The notes under the pieces are model-generated. The model was not told the DNA's origin. It made no database searches and saw only the letters and a list, made by a program, of their open reading frames with translations. Below, in pieces: positions 1 through 9,777 of a stretch of 64,000 bases of DNA. The DNA is from an uncultured Alphaproteobacteria bacterium (GTDB lineage Bacteria > Pseudomonadota > Alphaproteobacteria > MPNO01 > DASWLB01). The stretch is taken from contig CAWFOW010000011.1 of the NCBI GenBank assembly GCA_963817535.1, forward strand, positions 160,398-224,397, written 5' to 3'. Each line of letters begins with the position of its first letter. Position 1 is the stretch's first letter. Position numbers and translations under genes: made by a program.

Positions 1-126
1 GCGCTCGAGCGCCTCTCCGTTCCGGTCGACCAGCAGGACGCTTGCGCCCTCCGCCGCGAACAGCTCGCCCGTCGCCGCCCCGATTCCGCCGGCGCCGCCG
101 GTGACGATCGCCCTCTTGCCCGCCAT
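1..126 (-). CDS. Short-chain dehydrogenase/reductase (SDR), N-terminal fragment; the gene continues past the window edge
   Basis: Absent from the ORF track because it is truncated by the window edge. The reverse strand from ATG 126-124 reads MAGKRAIVTGGAGGIGAATGELFAAEGASVLLVDRNGEALER. This contains the TGxxxGxG dinucleotide-binding motif of classical SDRs. Confidence 0.75.
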   Translation of the reverse strand, partial: MAGKRAIVTGGAGGIGAATGELFAAEGASVLLVDRNGEALER

Positions 127-289
127 GCGCGATCCCGGCATGCGGCCCTCCCATTGTTGTGATGCGGGATGATCCTACAGCTCCGCGTCGGGTGAAAGCG
201 CGTTGCAACCCCTGTGCGATTGGACCAACATCGCGGCGAAGCGCAGGCCGGCGACAAGTCGCAGCCTGCGCGCAGAAAGGGAGGAACAG

Positions 290-1408
290 ATGAGATATCG
301 ATTGCCGGTCCTTGCCGTCATGGCTGTAGCGCTGCTCGCCGTGACGCCGGCCCTTGCCAAGGACCTGATCTATGGCAGCGGCATTCCCGAGAAGAATCCG
401 CTGATGTCGAAGGCCGCCGGCCCGACTTTTGCCGAGATCAGCAAGCAGTCGGGCGGGTCCATGAACTGGAAGATGCTCGCCGGCTCTCAGGTGATCTCCA
501 TGAACTCGTCGCTCGACGGGCTCAAGAACTCGCTGGTCGATGCGGCCTTCATCGTGCCCGTGTTCCAGCGCTCGGCGCTGATCAACAACAACGTCCTGTT
601 CGACGCGCAGTTCTACACCGACGATCCGGTACAGCGCACCGGCGCGGTCATTGAGACGATCCTGCTCGACTGCCCCGAATGCCTCGCCGAGTACCGCAAG
701 GCCAACGGGGTGTATCTCGGCGCCGGGTTCTCCGGCACGCCGTTCAATCTGATCTGCAAGAACCCGATCAAGACATTGAGCGACATCAAGGGGCTCAAGG
801 TGCGGGCCACCGGCGCCGAGACCCGGCTCATGGCGGCATTGGGAGCAACGGCGATCAGCATGGGCCCTGCCGACATGGTACAGGCGATCGAGCGCGGCGC
901 GGTCGATTGCGCCTGTGCGCCGGTCGCCTGGCTGCGCTCGTATGGTCTCGTCGACGTGGCGAAAAATGTGCTGACCGCTCCCATGGGCATTGCGAGCGGA
1001 CTGACGCTGTTCGTGATGAACCGGAAGACCTGGCAGGCCCTGTCAAAGAAGGACCGCGACATCATCTGGCGCAACGTGCCGATGGCGAGCGCCCGCGCCC
1101 AGCTCATCGCCTACACAGAGACCGACCGCGAGGTGCGCAAGGCGGCGGAAGGGAAGGGCGTGAAATTCCACGACGCAAGCCCCGAACTTCTGGCCGCGCT
1201 CGACAAGAACGCGGAGCATGAGGCGCAGATTCTGCCTGCACTGTTGAAGAAGCAGGGGGCGAAGGATCCCGAACGGTTGCTCAAGGTCTACGTCGAGAAG
1301 CTCAAAAAGTGGAAGCCGCTCTCGCGCGAGATTGGCGACGACATGAAGAAGTACGTCGAGATCTTCAACCGCGAGATCTACAGCAAGGTCGATCCCGACA
1401 AGCTGTAA
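290..1408 (+). CDS. TRAP transporter substrate-binding protein (DctP family)
   Basis: ORF 203-1408 trimmed to ATG 290, which follows AAGGGAGG. Sec signal MRYRLPVLAVMAVALLAVTPALA. DctP-type binding-protein pattern. The TRAP membrane genes are adjacent and convergent. Confidence 0.85.
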   Translation: MRYRLPVLAVMAVALLAVTPALAKDLIYGSGIPEKNPLMSKAAGPTFAEISKQSGGSMNWKMLAGSQVISMNSSLDGLKNSLVDAAFIVPVFQRSALINNNVLFDAQFYTDDPVQRTGAVIETILLDCPECLAEYRKANGVYLGAGFSGTPFNLICKNPIKTLSDIKGLKVRATGAETRLMAALGATAISMGPADMVQAIERGAVDCACAPVAWLRSYGLVDVAKNVLTAPMGIASGLTLFVMNRKTWQALSKKDRDIIWRNVPMASARAQLIAYTETDREVRKAAEGKGVKFHDASPELLAALDKNAEHEAQILPALLKKQGAKDPERLLKVYVEKLKKWKPLSREIGDDMKKYVEIFNREIYSKVDPDKL

Positions 1409-1419
1409 TGCGATGCGTC

Positions 1420-1442
1420 GGGGGCGGGCGGGTCCCGCCCCC
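1420..1442. terminator. GC-rich hairpin between convergent genes (possible bidirectional terminator)
   Basis: A 9-bp stem GGGGGCGGG (1420-1428) / CCCGCCCCC (1434-1442) with a 5-nt loop lies between the stops at 1408 and 1449. There is no U-tract, so intrinsic termination is not certain. Confidence 0.4.
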
Positions 1443-1448
1443 GAGCCC

Positions 1449-2756
1449 TCAGCCCATCATGTTCGGCAGGACGAGCGAGATCTCGGGAAACGCGATCAGC
1501 AGGGTCATGATGATGACCTCGCACCCGAGGAACCAGGCGACGCCCTTGAAGATCGTTTCAAGCTCGACCTCGTCGCCGACCACCGTCTTGATCACGTAGA
1601 CGTTGAACCCGACCGGCGGTGTGAGCAGGCCGATCTCGAGATATTTCACGATGATCACCCCGAGCCAGACGAGGTCGAGGTGCAGCGCCTCGAACATCGG
1701 CAGGATGACGGGCAGGGTGATGAGCAGCAGCCCCAGCGGGTCGAGGAACATCCCGAGCACGATGTAGATCAGCGAGGTCCCGATGACGAGCAGAAGGGGG
1801 TGGAGCGCCCAATCCCCCATCATCCGCCCGAGCGCGAAGGGCACGCCCGACAGGGCGAGAAACTTGGTCAGCATGATCGCGCCCAGCGCGATGAACAGCA
1901 GCCGAGCGGTGTTCGAAACCGCTTCGATCAGCGCGGCGCGCATCACCGCGATGCTGAGCCGGCGCTGGATCAGCGCGATGACCAGAGCGAGGAAGGCGCC
2001 GAACGCCCCCGCTTCGGCCGGGGTCACCACGCCGCCCATCAGCCCGCCGATGATTCCGGCGATCAGCACCATAAGCGGCCAGACCGAGCCGAGGACGCGC
2101 AACCGTGCGCCGAGCGGCGCCATCTCCCGGCGCGAAGGGCCGATCTCCGGGTTGAGTGCGCAGCGTCCGGCGATCATTGCGGCATAGACCGCGGCGGTCA
2201 GCAGGCCGGGCAGGATTCCCGCGATCAGCAGCTTGGTGATCGAGGTTTCGGCAAAGATTCCGTAAAGCACGAACAGGATGGAAGGCGGGATCATCGTCCC
2301 GAGCGTGCCGGCCGCGGCCACGACACCGGTCGCGAGCCCTTTGTCGTAACCCTCCCGCAGCATCTCGGGAATGGCGATGCGGCCCATTGCGGCGGCGGTC
2401 GCGGCGCTCGATCCGGAGGCGGCGGCGAAGGCCGCGCAGGCGAAGTTCGACGCGATGGCGAGACCGCCCGGCAAGCCCGATAGCCACATGCGTGCCGCGC
2501 GGAACAGCGTCGCGCTGAGGCCGGCATGATAGGCGATCGAGCCCATCAGCAGGAACATCGGGATCGCCGAAAGCTCCCAGCTCGCCGCGAAATCGTATGG
2601 TACATCGGCGACCAGCCCATAGGCCACGTCGAGCCCGCGGATCTGCCACACGCCAACGAATGAAACCAGGGCGAGCGCGATACCGATCGGAATCCGCAGC
2701 GCCAGCAGCACCACGACCGCGCCTATGCCGATATATCCAATCGCGATCGAGCTCAT
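1449..2756 (-). CDS. TRAP transporter large permease (DctM family)
   Basis: 435-aa multi-pass hydrophobic ORF with a DctM-like pattern. It shares a 4-nt overlap (2753-2756) with the small-permease gene upstream. Confidence 0.9.
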   Translation of the reverse strand: MSSIAIGYIGIGAVVVLLALRIPIGIALALVSFVGVWQIRGLDVAYGLVADVPYDFAASWELSAIPMFLLMGSIAYHAGLSATLFRAARMWLSGLPGGLAIASNFACAAFAAASGSSAATAAAMGRIAIPEMLREGYDKGLATGVVAAAGTLGTMIPPSILFVLYGIFAETSITKLLIAGILPGLLTAAVYAAMIAGRCALNPEIGPSRREMAPLGARLRVLGSVWPLMVLIAGIIGGLMGGVVTPAEAGAFGAFLALVIALIQRRLSIAVMRAALIEAVSNTARLLFIALGAIMLTKFLALSGVPFALGRMMGDWALHPLLLVIGTSLIYIVLGMFLDPLGLLLITLPVILPMFEALHLDLVWLGVIIVKYLEIGLLTPPVGFNVYVIKTVVGDEVELETIFKGVAWFLGCEVIIMTLLIAFPEISLVLPNMMG

Positions 2757-3268
2757 GCGCTGCCGTCCGTATCGTCGTTTGCCCCGACCGCCCGGCGCAG
2801 GTCGTCGATCAGCCGGACCAGCACGGCGAGCGCCATCGCGGCGCCGCCGACCGGGAGGATCCAGCGGCTTGGCCAGACGATGATGATGCCCTCCGCCGCG
2901 TCACGGAACTCACCGGACGTCGTCTTGTCGAGCGCGGAGAGGCCGGTTCGCCAGGTGAACACGACCATGGCCAGCAGCGTGACCAGCCCGACCGCGACCT
3001 CGAACCAGGCGAGCGCGCGCGGCTTCAGGCCGCGCGTGAACAGCTCGACCTGGATGTGGCCCTCGGTCCGCGCGACATAGGCGAAGGGCAGGAAAAGGAC
3101 GGCGACCATGTAGTAGTAGGACACGGTCTCCAGCGTCTGCGGAATCGGCTTGTCGAGCAGGTACTTCGCTCCCACGTCGAGAACGACGTGGAGCATCATC
3201 AGCAGCATCGCGGCGCCGGCGACGTAGAGCAGCCCCTCGTACAGCCGGTCGAGGCTACGCCGCCACAT
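2753..3268 (-). CDS. TRAP transporter small permease (DctQ family)
   Basis: 171-aa, roughly four-helix hydrophobic protein directly upstream of and overlapping the DctM-like gene. Size and position are typical of DctQ. Confidence 0.8.
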   Translation of the reverse strand: MWRRSLDRLYEGLLYVAGAAMLLMMLHVVLDVGAKYLLDKPIPQTLETVSYYYMVAVLFLPFAYVARTEGHIQVELFTRGLKPRALAWFEVAVGLVTLLAMVVFTWRTGLSALDKTTSGEFRDAAEGIIIVWPSRWILPVGGAAMALAVLVRLIDDLRRAVGANDDTDGSA

Positions 3269-3422
3269 GGGGTCGCCCGCCCGCGCGATCGGCTCCGCCC
3301 CCTCGAACTTTCACTGGCCCCCCTATAGCGTCTTGTCGGCGCTGGCCCGGAACCATAGCAAGATTTCGCCGTGGCTCAATCATCGCCGGCGGGCCGGCGG
3401 TGGAATCGGGCGGGACACGGGC

Positions 3423-3440
3423 TATAATCTCCCGGAGATT
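3423..3440 (+). promoter_or_regulatory. Putative -10 box overlapped by a perfect palindrome (candidate operator) upstream of the Rieske operon
   Basis: TATAAT at 3423-3428. Palindrome AATCTCC-c-GGAGATT at 3426-3440, 30 nt upstream of ATG 3470. The -35 region (TGGAAT-like) is weak. Confidence 0.35.
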
Positions 3441-3469
3441 CGCTGCGAACAGCGCGGAAAGGACTCGCC

Positions 3470-4645
3470 ATGGCGACCAACGCCGACGACCTCGATCTCC
3501 GCTGGCCCGACCGCTATGGCGATCTCCCGAAGGAGATATTCCACCGCCCGGACATTTACGGCCGCGAGCTCGAACGCATCTTCTATGGGCCGGAATGGCA
3601 TCCGCTCGCCCATGAAGCGGAAATCCCCGCGCCAGGCGACTACAAGACGCTATATATCGGCGAGGCACCGGTGCTGGTCCTGCGCGGCGACGACGGCCAG
3701 GTCCGCGTATTCTTCAACTCGTGCCCGCACCGCGGAACCCAGCTGGAGACGCGCAGTCGCGGTCACGTCAACGGGATCACCTGTCCCTACCATCGCTGGT
3801 CGTTCAACACGTGCGGGGCGCTGCTCGCCGCGCCGGGGATCGAACGGTTCCCGAAGGATTTTCGCACGGAGGATTACGGCTTGCGCGCTCTGCGCTCTGC
3901 GACGGCGTGCGGCATCGTGTTCGCGACCTGCGACGCCACGACGCCCGCGCTCGAGGACTGGCTCGGCGAGGGGATAGGCTACCTCGCCAAGCTCTTGGGC
4001 GACGGCGCGCTCACGTTGCTCGGCTACCAGAAAGTGCTGTTCTCGACGAACTGGAAGGAATACGGCGACAATGAGGGCTATCATGCGCCGCTCCTGCATC
4101 GCGCCTTCCGCATGCTGCAATGGCAGGGCGGCACCGGCGTGCAGTGCGTCACGGCGTCGGGCCACAAGCTGATCGAGGCCGAGCTCGGCCCGACGGCCAA
4201 GTCGGATTTCCTGGATGACAGCGCGCTGGTCGAATTCCACGATCCGGAGGCGCCGCGCCGATCCGTCGTGGTCAACCTGTTTCCGATGACGGTGCTCACC
4301 CGCCATCTCGACGTGATCAACCTGCGCTTTGCGTTCCCACGCGGGCTGGATGAGGTCGAGGTGCAGTACGTCTATTTCGCCCGCACCGACGACGATGCGG
4401 GCATGTGGCGCCACCGGCTGCACCAGGCCTCGAACCTGCTCGGGCCCAGTGGGCTGATCTCGCTGGAGGACGGCGCCGTGTTCAACCGGCTGCATCTCGG
4501 CTCCAATACGCTCGGCTCCGTGGGGTTCCAGAAGGGGGTGGCGGGCCGCCTCGAGGGGCCCTGCTACACCGAACAGAACGACGAGGCGAGCAATCTCGTC
4601 CGGTGGAAGCGCTACCGCGAGATCATGGGGTTCGGCATTGGTTGA
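3470..4645 (+). CDS. Rieske-type aromatic ring-hydroxylating oxygenase, alpha subunit
   Basis: Rieske motif C-P-H-x17-C-P-Y-H (CPHRGTQLETRSRGHVNGITCPYHRW) and mononuclear-iron motif DNEGYHAPLLH. Confidence 0.9.
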   Translation: MATNADDLDLRWPDRYGDLPKEIFHRPDIYGRELERIFYGPEWHPLAHEAEIPAPGDYKTLYIGEAPVLVLRGDDGQVRVFFNSCPHRGTQLETRSRGHVNGITCPYHRWSFNTCGALLAAPGIERFPKDFRTEDYGLRALRSATACGIVFATCDATTPALEDWLGEGIGYLAKLLGDGALTLLGYQKVLFSTNWKEYGDNEGYHAPLLHRAFRMLQWQGGTGVQCVTASGHKLIEAELGPTAKSDFLDDSALVEFHDPEAPRRSVVVNLFPMTVLTRHLDVINLRFAFPRGLDEVEVQYVYFARTDDDAGMWRHRLHQASNLLGPSGLISLEDGAVFNRLHLGSNTLGSVGFQKGVAGRLEGPCYTEQNDEASNLVRWKRYREIMGFGIG

Positions 4646-5120
4646 CATCGAGACGCTCGCCCGGATCGACGCGTTGCAGCTTCGCTACATCGCGGCGCTC
4701 GACCGGTTCGATCTCGAGGCCTGGCTTGGCTGCTTCGCCGTCGAGACCAACGGCTATGTTTGCACGACGCTCGAGAACGAGGAGCAGGATCTGCCGCTCG
4801 CGATCATGCTGGACGACAGTCGCGAGCGGCTTTCCGACCGCGTGAAGTTCATCGATCGCGTATGGGCCGGTACCTTCGAGCCCTACACGACGCGGCATTT
4901 CGTGCAGCGGCTCGACTGCCGTGAGACGGCGCCTGGCCGCTATGAGGTGACGAGCAACGTCCTGGTGGCCTACACCTCGGCCCGCCGCCATTCGGAGATC
5001 CTTGCGGCCGGCCGCTACGATGACGTCGTTGCGCTCTCGGGCGGCGAAGCGCTGTTCATGGCCAAGAAGGCGGTTCTCGATACCGTCACCACGCCGCGCT
5101 ACCTCGTCTATCCCATCTAG
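4638..5120 (+). CDS. Ring-hydroxylating oxygenase small (beta) subunit, NTF2/SnoaL fold
   Basis: 160-aa ORF with TTG start at 4638, overlapping the alpha-subunit stop by 8 nt. Size, position and NTF2-like sequence are typical of beta subunits. Confidence 0.8.
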   Translation: MVDIETLARIDALQLRYIAALDRFDLEAWLGCFAVETNGYVCTTLENEEQDLPLAIMLDDSRERLSDRVKFIDRVWAGTFEPYTTRHFVQRLDCRETAPGRYEVTSNVLVAYTSARRHSEILAAGRYDDVVALSGGEALFMAKKAVLDTVTTPRYLVYPI

Positions 5121-5201
5121 GGAGCCGTCGACCGGCACCGCATAATTTTGCAACTGAGGCATCGCGTCAATCGTGCGGCACGTCTGGAGCTCGACCGAGG
5201 C

Positions 5202-6230
5202 ATGATCAAATCCTGGATTTTTGAGCTTTTCGCCACGCCACACGATCTGGCAGAGCAATTCGATCCTGCCGCGTCGCAGCGCTATTTCGACGATTACCTC
5301 GATCTGTGGGTGAGCGCAGAGCCTGCCGGCTTCGACGGCATCTTCTTCAGCGAGCATCATTTCGGGCTCAGTTATTCGCCGGCGCCGAACCTGCTGATCG
5401 CCACCGTCGCGTTGCGGACGAAGTCGATCCGGCTGGGGGTCATGGGAATGGTCCCCCCCTACCACACGCCGTGGCAGCTGGTCGAAGAGATCGGCATGCT
5501 CGACCATCTGACACACGGTCGGCTGGAGATCGGCACGGCGGCCGGCATCCCGCAGGAGATGGCGCAGGTCGGGCTCACGGCGGACGAGGCGCGCGCCCGC
5601 AACGACGAAGCGGTCGAGATCATCGACAAGGCACTCGCCGCGCCCGTGATCTCGCATCACGGCCGGTTCTGGAACTTCGACAATCTGCGCCTCACGCCGC
5701 GCCCGATCCAACAGCCGGAACCACCGAAATGGGTGACCGTGATCAGCGTGTCGTCGGCACGCAAGGCAGCGCGGCGCGGCGCCAAGATCTCGACCGGCTT
5801 CCATCCTCTGGAAAAGGTAATCGAGATCTTCGACGCCTATCGCGACGAGGCCGAGAAGGCGGGACGCATCGTCGGTCCGGACGATCTCTGCATCCGCCGC
5901 CAGGTGAGCATGCTGGACGACGCCGACGCGCTTGTGCGCCGCCGTGCCACCTACCGGGAACGGATCAAGGTCGATCCGCGCGCCGATCTGCCGGACCGCC
6001 CGGCCATTCTCGACTCGCCCACGTCGCACGCCTTCGCGATCGGCGATGACGAGTTCATCGCCGGCTCGCCGTCCGCCATTGCGGAGCAGATCGTCGACCA
6101 GTGCCGCAGGGCCGGCGCGGGACATTTCTCGGTGATTTTCGACCGTTCCGTATCCATCGCCGAGCTCAGGAACAACTACCGGGTCTTCGGCGCGGAGGTC
6201 ATTCCGGTTCTGCGCCGCGCCGAGGTTTAA
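5202..6230 (+). CDS. LLM-class (luciferase-like) flavin-dependent oxidoreductase
   Basis: ORF 5148-6230 trimmed to ATG 5202 (MIKSWIFELF...). Luciferase-like monooxygenase pattern (…FFSEHHF…, …MGMVPPYH…). Confidence 0.8.
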   Translation: MIKSWIFELFATPHDLAEQFDPAASQRYFDDYLDLWVSAEPAGFDGIFFSEHHFGLSYSPAPNLLIATVALRTKSIRLGVMGMVPPYHTPWQLVEEIGMLDHLTHGRLEIGTAAGIPQEMAQVGLTADEARARNDEAVEIIDKALAAPVISHHGRFWNFDNLRLTPRPIQQPEPPKWVTVISVSSARKAARRGAKISTGFHPLEKVIEIFDAYRDEAEKAGRIVGPDDLCIRRQVSMLDDADALVRRRATYRERIKVDPRADLPDRPAILDSPTSHAFAIGDDEFIAGSPSAIAEQIVDQCRRAGAGHFSVIFDRSVSIAELRNNYRVFGAEVIPVLRRAEV

Positions 6231-6249
6231 AGCCGTCTGAAGCCGTGAA

Positions 6250-7302
6250 TCAGAACCGCCACGTAAAGCTCAGCGCGCCGAACCGGTCCGGCCCGGACTG
6301 GCCACGAAATTCCGGCGTGCGCACAACGTAACTGTAGGTCATGCGCGCGGACCCGATCAGCAGGACGAGCCCGGCCTGGAAATCGCCGACGAATGGCTTC
6401 TTCGGCACGCTCGGGCTGTCCTGAAACGTGTTGCCGTCGAGGAAGATGTCGCGCGCCACCGCCCGCCCGTCGAAGCCGGCGAACAGGTACCAGCCAAATC
6501 CGCCCTCGGTATCGCCCACGGCTGGCGAGCCGGGCAGGGATGGCCGGATGCGCGGCGGCCCGAAATCGGCCCGAAGCCCCTGCCCGAGCCGCAGCATCAG
6601 CCCGGCATTGGCATAGGTCATGACGTTGCCGACGCTGGCCCCAATGATGGGAATCGCGTCGGCCTCGATGCCCGCCTGCAGGATCGGCGGGGCACTGAGC
6701 CGCCAGCGGCGTTCGGCCGACAGGATCGCTCCCGGCTCGTTGTGGAGCTGGAATCCCCAGCCGTTCGCCTTCGGGACGTTGATCAGGTTGTGGAACTGGT
6801 TTTGTACGAACCGTCCACCGGCCGCCGGCCCGACGACGCCGAGATCGAGCTCGACCGTGTCGAGCCGGTCCGGCGTTTCGCTCGCCAGCATCACCCCGAG
6901 ATAGGCCCAGGCCGCATAGGGGCGATCCTTGGGGTCGGGCACACGGCTGTCCGTGTCGGCGGGCGTGTAGATGTTCTGGCCCAGCGCGAAACCGACCCGG
7001 CGCATGGCGGACAGTTCGAAGCCCGGCCAGGCGGCGTAGGGCTCGCGCGACCAGTCGGGCACCTCGCTGCCGCCGATCGGACGCGACAGGGCCTCGAGCC
7101 GCACGCCGTTCGTATAATGCCGGTCCGATCCGTGGGGCGTGAAGAAATCGTTCTCGATCTCGAGGCTGAGCATCGCATCGTCAAGCCAGGACGTCTCGGC
7201 ATAGGCCGGGCTCGTCATGACGGCGACAATCGCAGCCATGACAGCGAATCGGACCGCAAGGCATCCGGTCGTCACGAACAGGGCGGCGGGCGAAGGGCGC
7301 AA
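6250..7302 (-). CDS. Lipid A deacylase LpxR-family outer-membrane protein (DUF2219)
   Basis: Only the last ~350 codons of ORF 6250-8283 look coding. A signal peptide ending ...MTSPAYA is followed by ETSWLDDAMLSLEIENDFFTPHGSDRHYTNGVRLE, which resembles the LpxR signature. The start is TTG 7302 or ATG 7239. Confidence 0.7.
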   Translation of the reverse strand: MRPSPAALFVTTGCLAVRFAVMAAIVAVMTSPAYAETSWLDDAMLSLEIENDFFTPHGSDRHYTNGVRLEALSRPIGGSEVPDWSREPYAAWPGFELSAMRRVGFALGQNIYTPADTDSRVPDPKDRPYAAWAYLGVMLASETPDRLDTVELDLGVVGPAAGGRFVQNQFHNLINVPKANGWGFQLHNEPGAILSAERRWRLSAPPILQAGIEADAIPIIGASVGNVMTYANAGLMLRLGQGLRADFGPPRIRPSLPGSPAVGDTEGGFGWYLFAGFDGRAVARDIFLDGNTFQDSPSVPKKPFVGDFQAGLVLLIGSARMTYSYVVRTPEFRGQSGPDRFGALSFTWRF

Positions 7303-7467
7303 GGCACGTTCCTTGAAACGGCATCGGTTACCGCGGCAACTTAACGCCGCGGCCGAGTCGGGGGCGAGTGATGAATCCGGTGATCGGATGTTGGCGCCCA
7401 CGGGGTTTGACTCGGTGAAAAGCGGGTGCCAGCCTTCCCACGATGTCGCATCCGGGGAGGAACGGCG

Positions 7468-8565
7468 ATGGCTTCGAACGGGAAGGGCACGCGGGTTTTC
7501 GTCGGCGTCAACCGGTTCAAATATATCGGACCGCCGCCGGCCGGCGCGGCGAGCGGCCCACAGCTTCGTGGTCTGTTCCGCCGCAATACGGGCGAGGATG
7601 GCGGCTGGACGCATCTCGATCGCGGCCTGCCCGAGAATGGCGACATCAACGCCATCGCCGTCGATCCACGCGACCCTGACGTCGTCCTGACGGGGGCGGA
7701 GGACGGTATTTACCGCTCGGCCGACGGCGGTGCGCTGTGGGAGCGCACGGATTTTCCCGCGCGCGACCGGGCTATCTGGTCGATCCTGTATCACCCGACG
7801 GAGCCGAACACGGTGTATGCGGGCACCTCGCCCATCGGGATTTTCCGCAGCGACGACGGCGGAGTGCATTGGCGCCGCCTGCCCGACCCGCGTGTGCGCG
7901 AGCGGGTGGCGATCAACTTTCCGCATCGGGTCATGAAGCTCGCCGTCAACCCGGCGAAGCCGGACGAGGTTTTCGCGGTGATGGAAGTCAACGGGGTGAT
8001 GCGGAGCCGCGATCGCGGCGAGACCTGGGAGGACTGCAATGACGGTCTGGTGCGCCTCGCTGCCGAGCCGCATCTCAGGAACGCGCAGATCTCCAGCAAC
8101 GGGATCGAAGGCATGCTGGACGGTCACGCGATCGCGGCCAGCCGCGCCGCGCCGGGCAGCGTGATCGTCGCGCTGCGCATGGGGCTGTTCGAAAGCGACG
8201 ACGAGGGGAAGCGCTGGCAAGACTTGCAGCTCGGCCGCCAGGCCCACCTGCATTACAGCCGCGACATCTGCGTCTCGCCGCACGACCCCAAGGTGCTGTT
8301 CGCCGGCGTCGGCGTGTCGGTCAGGAACGACAACGGGGCGATCTATCGCAGCGGCGATCTCGGCCGGAGCTGGACCCGCTTCGACAAGTCCCTCGACGTG
8401 CGCAGCTCGATCATGTGCGTCGCCTGCGACCGGGCGAACCCCGACCGCGTCTACGGCGTCGCGCGGTTCGGCCAGGTCATCGGGACGGAGGATGGCGGGC
8501 GAAGCTGGACCGACCAGCCGCTGCCGGAAAACTGCGGCGGCGGGTTCGCCATCGCCTGCGCTTAA
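7468..8565 (+). CDS. BNR/Asp-box repeat beta-propeller protein (sialidase/Ycf48-like fold; function unknown)
   Basis: ATG 7468 follows GGGGAGGA. There are six Asp-box repeats: SADGGALW, SDDGGVHW, SRDRGETW, SDDEGKRW, SGDLGRSW and TEDGGRSW. Confidence 0.75.
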   Translation: MASNGKGTRVFVGVNRFKYIGPPPAGAASGPQLRGLFRRNTGEDGGWTHLDRGLPENGDINAIAVDPRDPDVVLTGAEDGIYRSADGGALWERTDFPARDRAIWSILYHPTEPNTVYAGTSPIGIFRSDDGGVHWRRLPDPRVRERVAINFPHRVMKLAVNPAKPDEVFAVMEVNGVMRSRDRGETWEDCNDGLVRLAAEPHLRNAQISSNGIEGMLDGHAIAASRAAPGSVIVALRMGLFESDDEGKRWQDLQLGRQAHLHYSRDICVSPHDPKVLFAGVGVSVRNDNGAIYRSGDLGRSWTRFDKSLDVRSSIMCVACDRANPDRVYGVARFGQVIGTEDGGRSWTDQPLPENCGGGFAIACA

Positions 8566-9761
8566 TCTCTGCCGGGACGGGGCAGGCGCAATCCTCGGAT
8601 CGCGATGGCGTTGCGCTGCATCTCGGCCGTGCCGCCGCCGACCACGCCCATGATCGAATGGCGCAGCACCTGCTCGATGTGGCCCAGCGGTGCCGAGGCT
8701 GCGTCCTCGGACAGCAATCCTCCCGAGCCGATGATGTCCATCGCCGCTTCGCCCAGCCGCTCCTGCAGCTCGCCGGCGAACACCTTGCTCATAGCCGCCT
8801 CGTAGGGCAGGGGCCGACCCTGCTCGACCAGCCGCGCGTTGCGCAGGGTGAACTGGCGCGCGATCTCGATCTCGGCGGCCAGCCCGCCGATCCGGTCGCG
8901 GATCACGGGATCGTTGCGCAGCCTCTTGCCGCCGACCTCGGCGGTCTTGACGTATTCGGTGAGCTCGTCGAACACGCGCTGCAACGCGGCGACCATCGTG
9001 CCGATCATGACGCGTTCGGCGGCCAGCGCGCTGGTGATCACCTTCCAGCCGTCATTGACCTGTCCGACCATGTTGCGCGCGCGGATGCGCACGTCGTCGT
9101 AGAACGTCGCCGAGAACGTCTTTCCGTACATGGCGAAGCTCGGCCGGATCGTGATGCCCGGCGTGTCCAGCTTCATCAGGAAAACGCTGATGCCGGCATG
9201 CTTGGGCTTTGCGTCCGGGTCGGTGCGCACGGCGAGCCAGGAATATTCCGCCTTGTCGCCGCCCGTCGACCAGAGCTTCTGGCCGTTGATGATCCAGTCG
9301 TCGCCGTCGCGCTTGGCGCTGGTGCGGAGCGACGCGAGGTCGGAGCCCGCCTCGGGCTCGCTGTAATGCAGGGCGAACGAGCGCTCGCCGGCCAGGAACG
9401 CCGGCAGGTACTCCGCCTTCTGCTCGGGCGTGCCGTGCTGGATCAGCCCGGGCCCGACGATCGTCTCGCCGACATTGTGGTAGGCTGTCGGCGCCTCGGC
9501 GTACTGCATCTCCTCGATGAAAGCGAGCTGCTCGGCCGGGCTGCGCGCGCCGCCGCCGGCCTCCTTCGGCCAGCCGAGGCCGATCCAGCCCTTCTTGCCC
9601 AGCATCCGCGAGAACTCAGGGTCGCGGCCGCGATCCTTGAACGGCAGGCGGTTGTGCGCGGCCAGCCGCTCGCCGGTCCAGTTGTCGGCCAACCACTGGC
9701 GGACCTCCTGGCGGAATGCTTTCACCGCCGGATCGGTATCGTGTGCGGGTAGAACGGACAT
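8562..9761 (-). CDS. Acyl-CoA dehydrogenase family protein
   Basis: ORF 8562-9905 trimmed to ATG 9761 (MSVLPAHDTD...). ACAD N/M/C-domain pattern. The C-terminal motif reads GGGTAEMQRNAIA, so the usual YEGT glutamate is Gly here. Confidence 0.85.
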   Translation of the reverse strand: MSVLPAHDTDPAVKAFRQEVRQWLADNWTGERLAAHNRLPFKDRGRDPEFSRMLGKKGWIGLGWPKEAGGGARSPAEQLAFIEEMQYAEAPTAYHNVGETIVGPGLIQHGTPEQKAEYLPAFLAGERSFALHYSEPEAGSDLASLRTSAKRDGDDWIINGQKLWSTGGDKAEYSWLAVRTDPDAKPKHAGISVFLMKLDTPGITIRPSFAMYGKTFSATFYDDVRIRARNMVGQVNDGWKVITSALAAERVMIGTMVAALQRVFDELTEYVKTAEVGGKRLRNDPVIRDRIGGLAAEIEIARQFTLRNARLVEQGRPLPYEAAMSKVFAGELQERLGEAAMDIIGSGGLLSEDAASAPLGHIEQVLRHSIMGVVGGGTAEMQRNAIAIRGLRLPRPGRD

Positions 9762-9777
9762 GTTCGCTCCTTTGGCC

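Noticed and set aside
6250-8283. 677-aa ORF suggesting an LpxR protein with a 340-aa N-terminal extension. The same issue applies to the extended ORFs 9778-12003, 29773-31599, 32014-33498, 34469-36301 and 57609-61061.
   Set aside because: In every case the N-terminal extension is antisense to or out of frame with a neighbouring real gene and looks non-coding. An internal start with a signal peptide, a family-typical N-terminus or an SD sequence gives a protein of normal length, so the genes were trimmed.
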